In this document: positions 12,361-27,004 of the stretch, piece by piece
How the letters are laid out: every line of letters starts with the position of its first letter
Position numbering within the stretch: the first letter of the stretch is position 1
Assembly (NCBI GenBank): GCA_964016885.1
Contig: OZ024758.1
Span: 27,652,001-27,716,000 of the forward strand
Reading direction: 5' to 3'
Origin: Eledone cirrhosa
Lineage: Eukaryota
Length of the DNA: 64,000 bases
Notes under the pieces: generated by a model
The model's input: the letters and a program-made list of their open reading frames with translations, nothing else
Told to the model about the DNA's origin: nothing
The model's database searches: none
Made by a program: the position numbers and the translations under genes

Positions 12361-14717
12361 CATATATACATACTATATGTATATATATATTACATATATA
12401 CAGTGTACCTACACATAACATTATGGCTAATATAAGTATTGGACCTAAGTATTAAACCACAAAATCAAATGTGTCATTGCAAGTTTATATTGTTCTCCAA
12501 TCATTAAAGAAGTTTTGTCTTCTAATTATATTTGCTATACAGCACTCTTCTATAATAGAGGCTAAGAAATATTCAAGAGTCAATTTTTAAAAATCTGTTT
12601 TATTTGAAAATTGGTACAAGTTCAAATCTCATTGAAGTTGTTGTTTTGGGCTGTTTCAATTATGCTTCTGTTTATAACTGGTACATATTGTATCTATGCT
12701 TAATTATGTTGTGTGCGTGGGAGGGGGAGGGCATCATTTTGTAGAGAATAAGTATCAGTGTATTAAATTAAACCACAAAACAAAATATGCCAGTGCGTTC
12801 AGTATCATTTGTATGTAAAAAATGTAAGTTTTCTTGTTTTATATATTATATATATTTTTAGATACGCTATGAAATACACACACACAAACACACATTTATA
12901 CTGACAGAAAACCACCCATAGGGCAGTATTTCTGTTAGTATTCTAGAAATGTCTTTAAATTCTGACAATTCTATAAGAAATGCAGTAATTTTTAACCATC
13001 AAAGAAAATATCTGTATCAACTTTATCACGTCCACAGAAATTTTCCGGAGTTTCTTTATAACAATTTAGCTGAGCCTTCATTTAACTTCTGTGTCATCAT
13101 TAATATTAATTGTGCTAGTAATATGAAAGAAATACATAAAAATCAATAAAATGGAAATACATTAATAAAATAAAGCTGTGGATCAGAAATAATAATAACC
13201 ATAGCAATACTGATTAGTGTTGTTATTGCTACTGCTATTGTTTGTAACAGAAGTAGCTCAACAGTTTATAGAATGTATTCTGAATAATTAACTTTACACA
13301 GCCAGCAGTTGAAAATCAAAGCAAGTAAACTATAAACTTGTCTCATTTTTCCCTACCGCCACCATTTTGTTGTGTTTTGTCTGCTGAGGTTTGTTTGATA
13401 TCCTTTAAAACAAAATTGTTTTCAGAAAGAAATACAGCTTTTGTGTAATCAATAACTATTCATGACACAAATTGAATGAATCTATTATCATTCAATATAC
13501 AAAAAGTTTAAAAGATAAAAACAAACAAGACAACATAGAGTCAAGTTGGCAGCTTAATCTAAATAATTGATGCAACAAAATAACAGTAAATAAATTAGTT
13601 TTACTTAGTAGCTGAGAAGCTAAATTTATTTTCTAACAAAATGAAATAATTTCGTTAAGATTTTTTTTTTAAAGCAATAATATCTTCTTTTTGAGTCATC
13701 CCTCCATCGAAAGTGAAACATTCATTTTGCTTTTTCTAATGGCTAGAATATATGTGGCATACTCATAGCTTTCTCAGTTAACTGGAACAGTTGTGTCAAC
13801 CCATTGTCAAATTAACAATTGATCATCTGCAAAGCCACTGGTGTTCATGATGTTGAGGATATCTAATTAAACTGATGGTTGCCCCATGAATTACTGCTTA
13901 CTACGAGACAAGCAGGATTTTAATCAGAAAAAAAACCCAATAAAAATATATATATAATCAAAAATAAGATGCTGATAGATCAATCAATCAATCAATCAGT
14001 TATTTTATGATCCTCTATTATTGAAGTTTATATTATAAAGTAAAACTAGAACATAACTAGTACTGTTTTTATTTTTAACTACAAGTTTTCATTGAAAATA
14101 CATACTCTACTCAGATTTTTCATTGCCTCTACAAGAAAGATATGAAGCATGTAACATAGAGAATAATGATAATGATAATAAATATACAGAAAATTGTTCA
14201 ACAGATATTGAGAGATTTTTCATTGTTTAGTGAAGGTTGTAAGAAATTGGCAAACTTACATTCACCATTCCAAAATTTACACAATTTTTTCTTGTCATTT
14301 TGCTAATTTTAAGAAGAGCTCAATAAATAAACTTCCTTAAGTGAAAAATGCTATCAATAAATTACAATAGAGATACATTGATACATGAGTTTATTCACCC
14401 ATTCCCTGTCTACATAAAATGAATATTCAACAGGAAAAGTTTTGCTGAACAATAAATCTAAATTCTTGAAATGCAGTCATCCAGCCAATGACAGGAAAAA
14501 TTAATTTGAGGTGAAATTGAAAGAGTCATGGCTTAAAAATGGAAACTATTTATTTTGATAGAAATAAGAATGGTCTGTTTATCTCAAATATGTATATTTT
14601 GAATGGCTAACAAGGAAAAATATATAATCTTATAACCATAGGAAAAATATGTGAGCATTAATTCTTTTTTTGAACCACAGATAAGGATTGTACTTAAAAC
14701 CCTTTAGCATTTATATT

Positions 14718-15190
14718 ACACCTCTCCAAGACAATGTCACTGGACCGAGACCTTTGGCGGTACTCAGTAACAGAGAAGACCCGCCTTACCTAAATATATA
14801 GTAAAACCTACTCCAGCCAGTAGGCATCTCTAACAAAATACACCCCGTCCCACCACCCCCGCCCCCACCCCATCCACACCACCCCGTTCTATGTAAAGTT
14901 ATGTTGGTGCCGCGCCATCGAGGGCGAAACAAATGAGATCGTGTAGGTGTCACGACAAAAAACACACAGTCCACGCTGTAATGTGGCCGTGTAGGCAACA
15001 CGGTAAAAACCTCCCAGACCCACACTGTAAATGTGGTTGGTGTTAGGAAGGGCATCCAACTGTAGAAAACCTGCCAGACAGTCCTATGCGAGCAAGACAA
15101 TCACTCATGCCTCAAGTGGGACTACCCCCGTCCAAACCCATGCAAGCGTGGAACACGGACGTTAAACGTTGATGATGATGATGATGATGA
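14718..15190 (+). mobile_element. 5'-truncated copy of the LINE at 50198-51815 (3' end and UTR)
   Basis: Near-identical to 51349-51815, with (tga)n tail. Confidence 0.9.
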
Positions 15191-15279
15191 TTATTCTATA
15201 TTTACTATTGTATTTTCATAGTAAACACTTTACCTCACATAAGTATTTCACATAATATTGAATCTATGAGATTTTGATA

Positions 15280-15805
15280 TTGGCAGTATCGGTAGACGGT
15301 CGGACGCCATGCTTTGATGCATAGAGTTACGGCCCTTGCCATTCTGAGTTCAAATCCCGCCGAGGTTAACTTTGCCTTTCATCCTCACGGGGTCGATAAA
15401 ATAAAGTACCAGTAATGCACTGGGATAATTGCTGGCCTTGTGCCAAAAGTAGAAACAATTATTGGTAGAGAGTCGGACACGATGCTTGAAAGCATGGAGT
15501 TACGTCCCTTTATGATCTGAGTTCAAAACCTGCTGAGGTTAACTTTGCCTTTCCTCCTTACGGGGTCGATAAAATAAAGTACCAGTAATACACTGGGATA
15601 ATTGCTGGCCTTGTGCCAAAAGTAGAAACAAGTATCGGTAGAGAGTCGGACACCATGCTTGGAAGCATGGAGTTACGTCCCTTTACGATCTGAGTTTGAA
15701 TCCCACTGAGGTTAACTTTGCCTTTCATCCTTACGGGGTCGATAAAATAAAGTACCAGTAATGTCCTGGGTAATTGCTGGCCTTGTGCCAAAATTAGATA
15801 CAATT
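15280..15805 (+). mobile_element. Three tandem SINE family A copies nested in a TTAA-CCC MITE
   Basis: MITE sequence is interrupted at ~15280 and resumes at ~15805. Confidence 0.85.
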
Positions 15806-16431
15806 ATTTATTTTGAGAACAATACCTTAACATTGGTAAGAGCGACCATTAGTCTGATTATGGCTGGTTTGAACAGAAAGCGGTGAGAGAATTCTGGCTG
15901 GATTCAGCCGGTTTAAATGCTTGATGCATTGAGAGGTTGAAAGTTAAATGTTTACTTGAACAGTATGGTAGTCTATTGTAGGAATATTTTTTTCTGGAGC
16001 TTCTGACATTTCCAACAGAAAAGTATTCTCTACGAAGATGCAATGAAGTGTCTACACAACATTTCACTTCATAAACCATAAGATGATAGTCCAATAATTA
16101 AGCCATTTAGCCATTTCCATTGCACGACATGTACAAGATGTTTATTCTTATTTGAGTACTTCTTTAATAATCTTGTGAAATGTGATATGCATAAAATATT
16201 TCAGTAGTGGTTCCACAATGGCTGGACTACTGACTAAAGGTCAAATGGTCGAATTTTACTAACAATTATGATCCAAAACAAAGCAGTAAAATTATTTAAT
16301 GGAAGGAAGGCAATGTTCATGAATCACTTTCAGAGGTTTAGGGATGCTGCCCTTTCTCTTTACCCAAATGTTTGTAAAAGGTGTGGACACTGCTAAAGGC
16401 ACCCATGGACTGAGTGAATGTATTAGACTAG

Positions 16432-16603
16432 GTAAGACTTGGAGAGAAGTAGACTTGGGGAGAAGTGGGGCAAAGTAGACTTGGGGAGAAGTGGGGCAAA
16501 GTAGACTTGGGGAGAAGTGGGGCAAAGTGGACTTGGGGAGAAGTGGGGCAAGGTAGACTTGGGGAGAAGTGGGGCAAGGTAGACTTGGGTAGAAGTGGGG
16601 CAA
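16432..16603. repeat. 26-bp G-rich minisatellite gtagacttggggagaagtggggcaaa, ~6.5 copies
   Basis: Directly visible. Confidence 0.9.
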
Positions 16604-16876
16604 GCTGATCATAAGATATTGAACCTCACAAAGATGACAAATGAAAGACAAGTAGAGGGACACTATGTTATACAGGACACATCCAACCTATACAGATATG
16701 GAAACAGATGTGATGATGACTAATAATGATGACAATAATAATGATGACGATGATGATGATGACGACGATGATGACGACGATGTGAAAGTTGCAATCATCA
16801 CTTTTTTTATAATTTAATATTTATTAAATATACCAGTTACTAAAAGAGAAATCATTAAAATCCCCAATAATAATAT

Positions 16877-17670
16877 AGCCTCTAGGAAATAATTGTTTCT
16901 ACTTTTGGCACAAGGTCAGCAATTACCCAGTACATTACTGGTACTTTATTTTATCGACCCCGAAAGGATGAAAGGCAAAGTTAACCTAGGCAGGAGTTGA
17001 ACTCAGTCCGTAAAGGGACGTAAATCCATGCTGGAAAGCATGGAGTCCGACCCTCGACCGATACTGCCAATCCACTGCAGGCATAAAGAAGAGAAGAGAA
17101 CACACATGCCTTGTACACCTTTACCGTTGTCTTCTTGCATATGTCTCGCCGACCCCAGAGTCGCCTTTCTAGCTTTCCGAAAGCATCTCTTGCTTTCCTA
17201 ATCCTGAGTGGGATTTCCCTATCAAAGTTGCTGAATCGATTGACAGTGCTTCCCAGGTAGACAAACTGACCAACCACTCCAAGTCGTTTCCCATACACAC
17301 AGCCTCTAGGAAATAATTGTTTCTACTTTAGGCACAAGGTCAGCAATTACCCAGTACATTACTGGTACTTTATTTTATCGACCCCCGTAAGGATGAAAGG
17401 CAAGGCTGACCTCGACAGGATTTGAATCCAGAACCTAAAGGGCCATAACTCTATGCTGCAAAGCAAGGTGTCTGATGCACTAACAATAATTGTTTCTACT
17501 TTTGGCACAAGGCCAGCAATCACCCCAGTTATTTACTGGTACTTTATTTCATCGACCCTGTAAGGATGAAAGGCAAAGTTAACCTCGGTGGGATTTGAAC
17601 TCATATCATAAAGGGACGTAACTCTATGCTTCAAAGCATGGTGTCCGATCCTCTACCAATACTACCAATC
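16877..17670 (-). mobile_element. SINE-A / RTE fragment / two SINE-A cluster
   Basis: 17075-17300 is a close copy of LINE segment 19008-19230; flanked by SINE-A copies. Confidence 0.8.
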
Positions 17671-18227
17671 CACAGCCTCTATGCCAAATGCTTATTAATA
17701 CCTATTCAATACTGAATGCAATCTACTTTTATCTGACAATGTGTAATAAAGTTCAAGATGAATGATCTTATAACAAAAGTTAGATCTATGGCCTACTTTC
17801 AGTATTTCATTGTATTCAAATGTTTTCATTATGCCACTAACACATTCTAGAAAGGTATTAATATTGTATAGCCTATTATCCACTCCTTAATTAAACTGAC
17901 GACCCTCTTAACCAATAATATATTATATATATACATATATATAACTTTGATAGGTTTTGGCCAGTATTGGCCCAGGCCATGTCTAACTTAATAGCATCTA
18001 TATATACATATACAGTATCTATATATATATATATACATACATATACACATTTATATATATATGATGGCTGCCCCCTTGTTATCGAGTATGGCCATTGCAC
18101 GAGAAAAAAAAATATATATATATATATTAACAATAATAATAATAATAATAACAACAATAATAATAATAACGACAACAACAAAAATAATACTATACATAAA
18201 GATATCTATACACACACACGATAGCAA

Positions 18228-19852
18228 TTAACAGCGCTGTGATCGAATGTGGCTTTTTAACCCAGCCAATGATCTAAAATGTCTTGCACAGAGTCGGCAA
18301 CCAAAACATTCACTGGGAATAGTCGGCTGTGGTTGGAGTTCGTGTACTTTTGCATGTCGTTTGAGCCCTCCTGCTGATTTACATTCTCTACCACATGTTT
18401 GGCAAGCATGATGAGTAGCATCTCCAACAGCAGCCTGGTAGTCAACCACTGGTCTTACTTTATGACTGCGAAGATGACTTTCGAGTCCAGCTTTGCTTAG
18501 GCAGAGTCTCGCACAGACGCTGCATGTCAGCACCATAGGAGGACCCTCGCCGTCTGGAAGTGCAACAGCAATGCCCTTCCTCCCATCCAGCTTTACTTTC
18601 TCGTATGCGATTCGAGATGCCTCAAAGGCAACTTTTCCCTCAAGTACAGTCTTTCTCCATTTATTATGATCAGCAGCAATATTTTCCCATGTATCTGCAG
18701 AGATGTTAGCGTCTTTCAAGGAATCCTTATAGATCTTTTTTGGTTTGTGTGGTAGTCGTTTTCCTTTAACTAACTCTCCATAAAAGAGTTTGTTTTGGTA
18801 TTCTAGAATCCTTCATCCTGGCAAGGTGACCACTCCAACGGAGTCGTTGCTTAAGTACAAGAGCTTCTATACTGTCACAGATAGAGCTTTCCAAAATCTC
18901 GACATCACTGATGTAGTCCCTCCAGTGAACGCCATGGATCCGTCTGAGACACATCTGATGAAAACGCTCCAATTGCTTAAGGTGGTGTCGATATGTGACC
19001 CAAGTCTCGCAGGCATAAAGAAGAGAAGAGAGCACACATGCCTTGTATACCTTTACCTTTGTCTTCCTGCATATGTCTCGCCGACCCCAGAGTCGCCTTT
19101 CTAGCTTTCCGAAAGCATCACTTGCTTTCCTAATCCTAAGTGAAATTTCACTATCAAGGTTGCTGTATCGATTGACAGTACTTCCCAGGTAGACAAACTG
19201 ATCAACCACTCCAAGTCGTTTCCCATACACATAGATATTTGGTTCACTGTTTGCTTACCAGGGGCAGGTTGGTACATGACGACGGTTTTCTTGAGACTGA
19301 CAGTCAATCCTAGGGCAGTGCAAGCATCAGAAAATGCATTCAAAATGTGCTGCATATCACTGTGTGCGCTACAAGATCGCAATCGTCTGCATACAAGAGG
19401 TCTCTTATGGTTGATGTAAATACTTTTGTCTTCGCAGCAAAGCACTTGATGTTAAATGTGCTGCCTGAGGTTCGATATCGGATGTAAACACCATGCTCGC
19501 AATTCCTGAATGCAATACAGAAAACCATTGCAAAGTATATGGCAAACAGGGTCGGTGCTGGAATATCCCCGTTTCACTCCATTTTTTACTGAGATAGGCT
19601 CCAACATGTTACCTCCGACATTAACCCAAGCCTTCATGCCGTCATGGAAAGACCTAACTAAAGCAAGGAACTTATCAGGGCAACCAAGTTTCTGGAGAAC
19701 CTTCCATAATGCATTTCTGTTAACAGTATCGAAAGCTTTTGTTAGATCGTCAAAATCCTGATAGAGATCCAAGCCTTGTTCCATGCACTTCTCCTGGAGC
19801 TGTCTAGCTGAGAAGATCATATCAGTAGTGCCGCGTCCAGCACGAAAACCAG
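18228..19852 (-). mobile_element. 5'-truncated, frameshifted RTE-clade LINE with C-terminal C2H2 fingers
   Basis: [49 protein letters not shown] motifs across several frames; three CxxC..H fingers in 18228-18719. Confidence 0.92.
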
Positions 19853-20480
19853 TTACATATACACATATACATCTATATATATACATATATACATTTATAT
19901 ATATACAAATACATATACATATATACATATACACATTTATATATACAAATACATATACATATATAAATATACACATTTATATTTACAAATACATATATAT
20001 ATATATATACAAATATATATATATATATATATACAAATATATATATACATATATATACAAATATATATATACATATATACAAATATATATATACATATAT
20101 ACAAATATATATATATATACACATATACAAATATATATATACATATATACAAATATATATATACATATATACAAATATATATATACATATATACAAATAT
20201 ATATATACATATATACAAATATATATATACATATATACAAATATATATATACATATATACAAATATATATATACATATATACAAATATATATATACATAT
20301 ATACAAATATATATATACATATATACAAATATATATATATATACACACATATATATACACATACACACATATATACACACACATATACACACACACATAT
20401 ATATATATAAACACACACATATATATATATATAAACACACACATATATACACTATATATATATATATATATATAAATATA
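19853..20480. repeat. Compound AT/AC microsatellite with ~22-bp higher-order unit
   Basis: atatacaaatatatatatacat repeated. Confidence 0.9.
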
Positions 20481-20872
20481 TAATTTTAATCAAGAGAATA
20501 AATCAATATCGTAGTTAAATTAACTACTCCAGGAAAACCATACCATAATGCTACTTTTGTATTCAATAATTATTTTTCCAAGATACCACTGTAATGGAAA
20601 TTATCAGAATTTATCTGCAAATTTATAAAACCAATTTCTTTGATGTCAAATAATAAACAGTTATATTTATCAATCCAGTTAATTTCAAGCATCTGATTGC
20701 TAAGTTTCCTGTTAAGTAGGAAATTCACATGGCAAAGTTTGAGAATGAAAGATGCAAGGATATATAAGAGAATAGCATATTTAATGGACTATTAAGATGT
20801 TATGATCTAAAGAAACTAAAATGAAACACTATTAAGGTTCACTTCTTACTACAGTTAATCTTCGGCTTTAGC

Positions 20873-21570
20873 AGAGTAGGGTGGTGAATTGGTAGTGTAG
20901 GGTGGTGAATTGGCAGTGTAGGGTGGTGAATTGGCAGTGTAGGGTGGTGAATTGGTAGTGTAGGGTGGTGAATTGGCAGTGTAGGGTGGTGAATTGGCAG
21001 TGTAGGGTGGTGAATTGGCAGTGTAGGGTGGTGAATTGGCAGTGTAGGGTGGTGAATTGGTAGTGTAGGGTGGTGAATTGGCAGTGTAGGGTGGTGAATT
21101 GGCAGTGTAGGGGTGGTGAATTGGCAGTGTAGGATGGTGAATTCGTAGTGTAGGGTGGTGAATTGGCAGTGTAGGGTGGTGAATTGGCAGTGTAGGGTGG
21201 TGAATTGGTAGTGTAGGGTGGTGAATTGGCAGTGTAGGGTGGTGAATTGGCAGTGTAGGGTGGTGAATTGGCAGTGTAGGGTGGTGAATTGGCAGTGTAG
21301 GATGGTGAATTCGTAGTGTAGGGTGGTGAATTGGCAGTGTAGGGTGGTGAATTGGCAGTGTAGGGTGGTGAATTGGTAGTGTAGGGTGGTGAATTGGCAG
21401 TGTAGGGTGGTGAATTGGCAGTGTAGGGTGGTGAATTGGCAGTGTAGGGTGGTGAATTGGCAGTGTAGGGTGGTGAATTGGCAGAGTAGGGTGGTGAATT
21501 GGCAGTGTAGGGGTGGTGAATTGGTAGTGTAGGGTGGTGAATTGGTAGTGTAGGATGGTGAATTGGCAGG
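20873..21570. repeat. 21-bp minisatellite gtgtagggtggtgaattggca, ~33 copies
   Basis: Directly visible; the last unit runs into a SINE head. Confidence 0.95.
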
Positions 21571-21654
21571 ATCATTACAACGATGGATAGAATGCTTTGC
21601 AGTTTTCATTCTGACTCTCTGCAATCTGAGTTCAAATCTCTCTCTCTATATATA

Positions 21655-22074
21655 TCACCATCATCACCGTTTTACGTCCGTTCTTCCACACTAGCATGGG
21701 TTAGATGGGTTGTCCTGTTGTGGGCAGTTTTCAGTTCGCTGACCTTGTCTTGCTCATACGGGAACTGATTCTGGCTTCATTTCTACAGCTGGATGCCCTT
21801 CCTACCACCAACCTCATTTACAGTGAGTGCTGGGTGCTTTTTTTCCATGGCGCCTACACGACCCCTTTACAGTGAGGACTAGGTGCTTTTTTGCCGTGGC
21901 ACTTCCACATCCACTTTACAGTCCCTATCATCTCATTTCTACAGCTGAGTGAACTGGAGCAATGTGAAATAAAGTGTCTTGCTCAAGGAAACAACACATC
22001 ACCCGGTCCGAGAATTGAACTCACAACCTTTCGATTGCAAGGCCAATGCTCTGACCACTAAGCCATGTGCCTCC

Positions 22075-22075
<1 letters not shown>
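21655..22075 (-). mobile_element. SINE family B variant
   Basis: Same head and body as 7018-7350. Confidence 0.85.
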
Positions 22076-22105
<30 letters not shown>

Positions 22106-22127
22106 TACACACACACACACACACACG

Positions 22128-22645
22128 TTTCCCCCTGGTATTCGGGAGGTTATGTTCCTAGAGTACCCATGAAGAGTGAAAAACCACGAATATTGGATGT
22201 GGTCCATAAAAATGTCTATAAACGCCAAAACATAACGTAAAATATAGACCAGCGAATAAGGAATATTGTTAATAATTTAGCATTAAAAAGTGTGAAAAAA
22301 CATATTTGTTTCTACTTTAGGCACAAGGCCAGCAGTTATCCCAGTGCATTACTGGTACTATATTTTATCGACTCCGTAAGGATGAAAGGCAAAGTTAACC
22401 ACGGCGGAATTTGAACTCAGACCATAAAGGGCCGTAACTCTTTGCTGCAAAGTATGGTGTCCGACCCTCTACCGATACTGCCAATCCCCCGCCCTTCTGT
22501 GAAAAAACATATATTGCCACGAAAAAAGCCATAAAAACATCACGGAAGATATTTAAGATTTCGCAAATATGCAGTGGTTTCCATGAACATAGTTAGGTTC
22601 TAAGGAAAATTCCATGAATAACCAGGACCATGAATGCCGGGGGTA
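22128..22645. mobile_element. pogo-like MITE with nested SINE-A (22305-22495)
   Basis: TIR-like ccccctggtattcg / gaatgccggggg; the SINE is flanked by direct repeat tgtgaaaaaacatat. Confidence 0.65.
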
Positions 22646-23100
22646 GAACAATCATCATCATCATCATTTTACGTCCGCTTTTCCCTGCTTGCAAGGGTTG
22701 GACAGGTCCTATTCAGCACAGCATCTCCACTTGTCACGGTCCTTCGTCATCTCCTTGGTGAGTTTCAGCGATCTGAGGTCTGCTCTCAGCACCTCCGCCC
22801 ATGTTTTTCTTGGTCTACCTCTACTGCATCTTTCTTCTATGTATGTATATATATATATATATATGACACCAGGATCTTACGTGACCTGGCCACCGAAATG
22901 TACATAGTGTCTGCTGAAATAAATCTTTGAAGGAATCTCACCAGCCCGGACTCCTGCCATTTTATTCAATAATAATTAACTCCATCCTCGCACCACCAAC
23001 AAAGATGGATGAGTTGCATAATGCTGAATGCTTTTCCTAATATTATATCATGGTTGGCTATGTGGAATGACCACTAGACTTTATTTTATTTTTTTTTTTT

Positions 23101-23277
<177 letters not shown>

Positions 23278-23850
23278 GGAGGCACATGGCTTAGTGGTTA
23301 GAGCATTGGCCTTGCAATCGAAAGGTTGTGAGTTCAATTCTCAGACCGGGTGATGTGTTGTTTCCTTGAGCAAGACACTTTATTTCACATTGCTCCAGTT
23401 TACTCAGCTGTAGAAATGAGATGATAGGGACTAGGGTCCATATCATTCCACTGCAAAGTGGTTGTGCAGATGCCACAGCAAAAAAGCACCCAGCACTCAC
23501 TGTAAATGAGGTTGGTGTTAGGAAGGGCATCCACCTGTAGAAATCAAGCCAGAATCAGTTCCCATCCCACCCTTGCAAGCAGGGAAAAGCGGACGTAAAA
23601 TGAAATGATGATGATGATGAAATGATATATATGCCCCCTGTAAAGTGGACGTGTAGGTGCCACGGAAAAAAAACACCCAGCACTCACTGTAAATGAGGTT
23701 GGTGTTAGGAAGGGCATCCAGCTGTAGAAATCAAGCCAAAATCAGTTCCCATATGAGCAAGACAAGGTCAGCCGACCGGACACTGCCCACAACAGGACAA
23801 CCCATCTAACCCATGCTAGCGTGGAAGAATGGACATAAAACGGTGATGAT
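23278..23850 (+). mobile_element. SINE family B plus a second partial copy
   Basis: tRNA-like head follows (TA)n; (tga)n tails. Confidence 0.85.
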
Positions 23851-24256
23851 GATGATATATATACATACACACACATATATATGTGTGTATATATAAATAT
23901 ATATATATATACACATGTGTATATATATATGTATAGAAGAAATCAGTTATGTTCAAACTTAGAAAGGCATGGAGACCATCAGATTTAAATACCCAAGACA
24001 TGTCACATATAACGACAGTGCCCCTATTGCTCCATCAGAAGTTAGGGTCTGATTGATCACTTATACGGACTCTTAACTGGATCAGTAATAATTCAATAAT
24101 CTAAAATATTAACTCTTTGCCAAACCCTGAAGTTCAATCACCATTTTATTTTCATATATATACACACATACGTATATACATATATATTCACACAAACATA
24201 TATGTACACACATAAATATATATATGTGTATGTGTGTGTGTGTGTGTATGTATGTG

Positions 24257-24311
<55 letters not shown>

Positions 24312-25557
24312 ATACATACATATATGTACACACATAAATATATAATATATATATATTGTAAAGGAGCCAGCAAATGAACATATAGATTAAATTAGCCAAG
24401 AATATTAGCAGCCATTTTAAGAATGCTCAATATAGTAATATTCCAAAATGTCTAAATCATATGATTTGTGGGATAATGGCCAAAGGAAAATTCTTATTCC
24501 TTTTTTTTTTCTTTGTATTTACACAAGATATAATTTGAGGAAAGAGAGGAGAAAAAAACTTTACTCATAAAAAATATAGCCAATCTCCAACTAAGCTATT
24601 CCTTTACAATGGCTGGGTTTATCTTCAAAGCTAGCTGTTTTATCAATAATTCTTACTGTTGTGGAAATAGTTGTTTTGCCTTATGACTTTAGCTATCTTT
24701 CATAAAGAAAGAAATTCAATATCTTATCTATTGTTGCTAACTACAATAATTGTAAAATATTGTGGACAATAAATTTGTTTCATAGGAAAAGGCACACAGC
24801 TTCTGTCTACTGACTTTCAATTATGAGGCTTTGATGACCCCAAGACTATGGCAAAAAAGACACTTGCTGAAAATGCCACACAGTGGGGTCAAATCTGGGT
24901 CTAATTTGTTAGGTAGTTAATGTTAGCTTTACATGTATGAGGATAGGCTGATTATGAAGGAGTGATGCTAGAGCTGTGAAATCTTGCATGCATTAATTTC
25001 AACTCTTCTTCTTAATAACTGCATTGTTTATTTCCAGGGAGTATGTTGAAAAATAAACCTCATTAGGTCATTCCATGAGAGTATGTTGGTCAGCCTATGA
25101 ACATTTCAACCGACCCTCACACAATTGACCTATCATCCATATAAAAGCATGGAAAAAGAACATTTTAACATGATAAAATCTCCTACTGTCTAGAAATCTG
25201 TGATAGTAACTAAAAATGATATATCTAATGAGAGAATTATATATTAAAATCTTTCATTTAGATGAAAAGTTTTACAACATAATAACACTTTTCTTCATGA
25301 ACTTCCCAAATTTCCATTTTCCACATATTGTTTTCAAAGATCAAAAAGTGATATATATATATATTTTTATATAAAGTGATATATATATATATTTTTAAAA
25401 TTCAGGAAACACAATAAAATCATTTCACCCCAAGTTTGCAGCACTTGATGAAAAAAAGAAAACAGATTATAAAAGAAAAAATTAAATTTGGTTGAAAAAA
25501 ATCTTTTTTTTTTAAAGATTAAAATGAGAGAATGATTACATAGTCTTAGATTCGTTG

Positions 25558-25617
<60 letters not shown>

Positions 25618-26138
25618 GGCTTATACATATATATCAGTGTGTATGTATACATATATATATCCATATATAGTTTTAGATTCACTAATGAACATCTTAAATA
25701 GCTTTATCAATCAATAAGTATTTACTAGCTATGTAAGAAATCAATGACAAAGTGATTATTCTGACAAAATAAACTAAAGATTCAATTTCTCTCTAAAGAA
25801 TACGAAAAAAAAAAATTATTCACAAGTTCTTTTGTTGCATTAAATCATTTCTACACAACATATTCAGAAAATTTACAAAATTGCTATCTTAGATATCAAT
25901 GGAAATTTCATGGGTTAATGAACTTAAATATATGAGAAAGAAGAAAAAGAAATGAAACCAGAATTTTACAAATCTAAAATTTACAATCGAGGTTTCTGTC
26001 AGAACTAGACAAAACAACATTAAACTTCAATACTGTGCTCGTGTTTATTATGAAACTCAATAAACTAGGCAGATTACACTAGTCTTTAATACAGTTATAT
26101 TTTGTTTAATGATAACAATATACAGATATTAACTTATA

Positions 26139-26172
<34 letters not shown>

Positions 26173-26520
26173 GAGGCACATGGCTTAGTGGTTAGAGCAT
26201 TGGCCTTGCAATCGAAAGGATGTGAGTTCAATTCTCAGACCGGGTGATGTGTTGTTTCCTTGAGCAAGGCACTTTATTTCACATTACTCCGATTTACTCA
26301 GCTGTAGAAATGAGATGATAGGGACTGGGGTCCATATTATTCCACTGCAAAGTGGTCGTGCAGGTGCCACGGTAAAAAATCACCCAGCACTCACTGTAAA
26401 TGAGGTTGGTGTTAGGAAGGGCATCCAGCTGTAGAAATCATGCCAGAATCAGATCCCGTCCCACCCTTGCAAGCAGGGAAAAAGCAGACGTAAAAATGAA
26501 ATGAAAAATGAAATGAAATA
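26173..26520 (+). mobile_element. SINE family B
   Basis: Near-identical to other copies. Confidence 0.87.
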
Positions 26521-27004
26521 TATATATAAAACTAGAGTTTTGTCCCCCATATGAAGATTAAGCAGCCAAAACACGCCGACTGCTATCGTCTTCAGTTAGG
26601 GTCATAAAACTATCAAGTCTCTATCTCTCAATAGCTGTAAAAGACGCTGGACGGGTCTAATCTCAACATCAAATCTGTAGAATTTCAGTCGGTCACAGTT
26701 AGTGTGAGTGAGTACACAAACACTCACACACACCGACGCAAGGTCGAAAAAAAATATATATATATATATATGTTGAGGTTATATTTAATTTGTTGGGATT
26801 CAACGAGCTTAAAAATTTTTATAACTGATATAAAGCACTCAACAAGTTAGTGGAGTAAATACACTATCCAGAAAGCTCCAACCGTTCAGGTTGTCTTTTT
26901 TCCAGGTATGTCAATATTTATTTATATATCAAATCTGTATTTTATCTGATGAAAGTGCACTTATTAATATAGTGTGTGTGTGTATATAGATAGATAGATA
27001 GATA

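Noticed and set aside
20839-21624. Repetitive ORFs and possible CRISPR-like array
   Set aside because: Head-to-tail 21-bp units with no unique spacers, in eukaryotic intronic context
23278-23352. tRNA gene-like sequence
   Set aside because: It is the head of SINE-B: it continues into the SINE body, lacks a paired acceptor stem and is multi-copy
26945-26975. CTGATGA motif (also at 31534, 45961, 51794)
   Set aside because: No stem II followed by GAAA; not hammerheads
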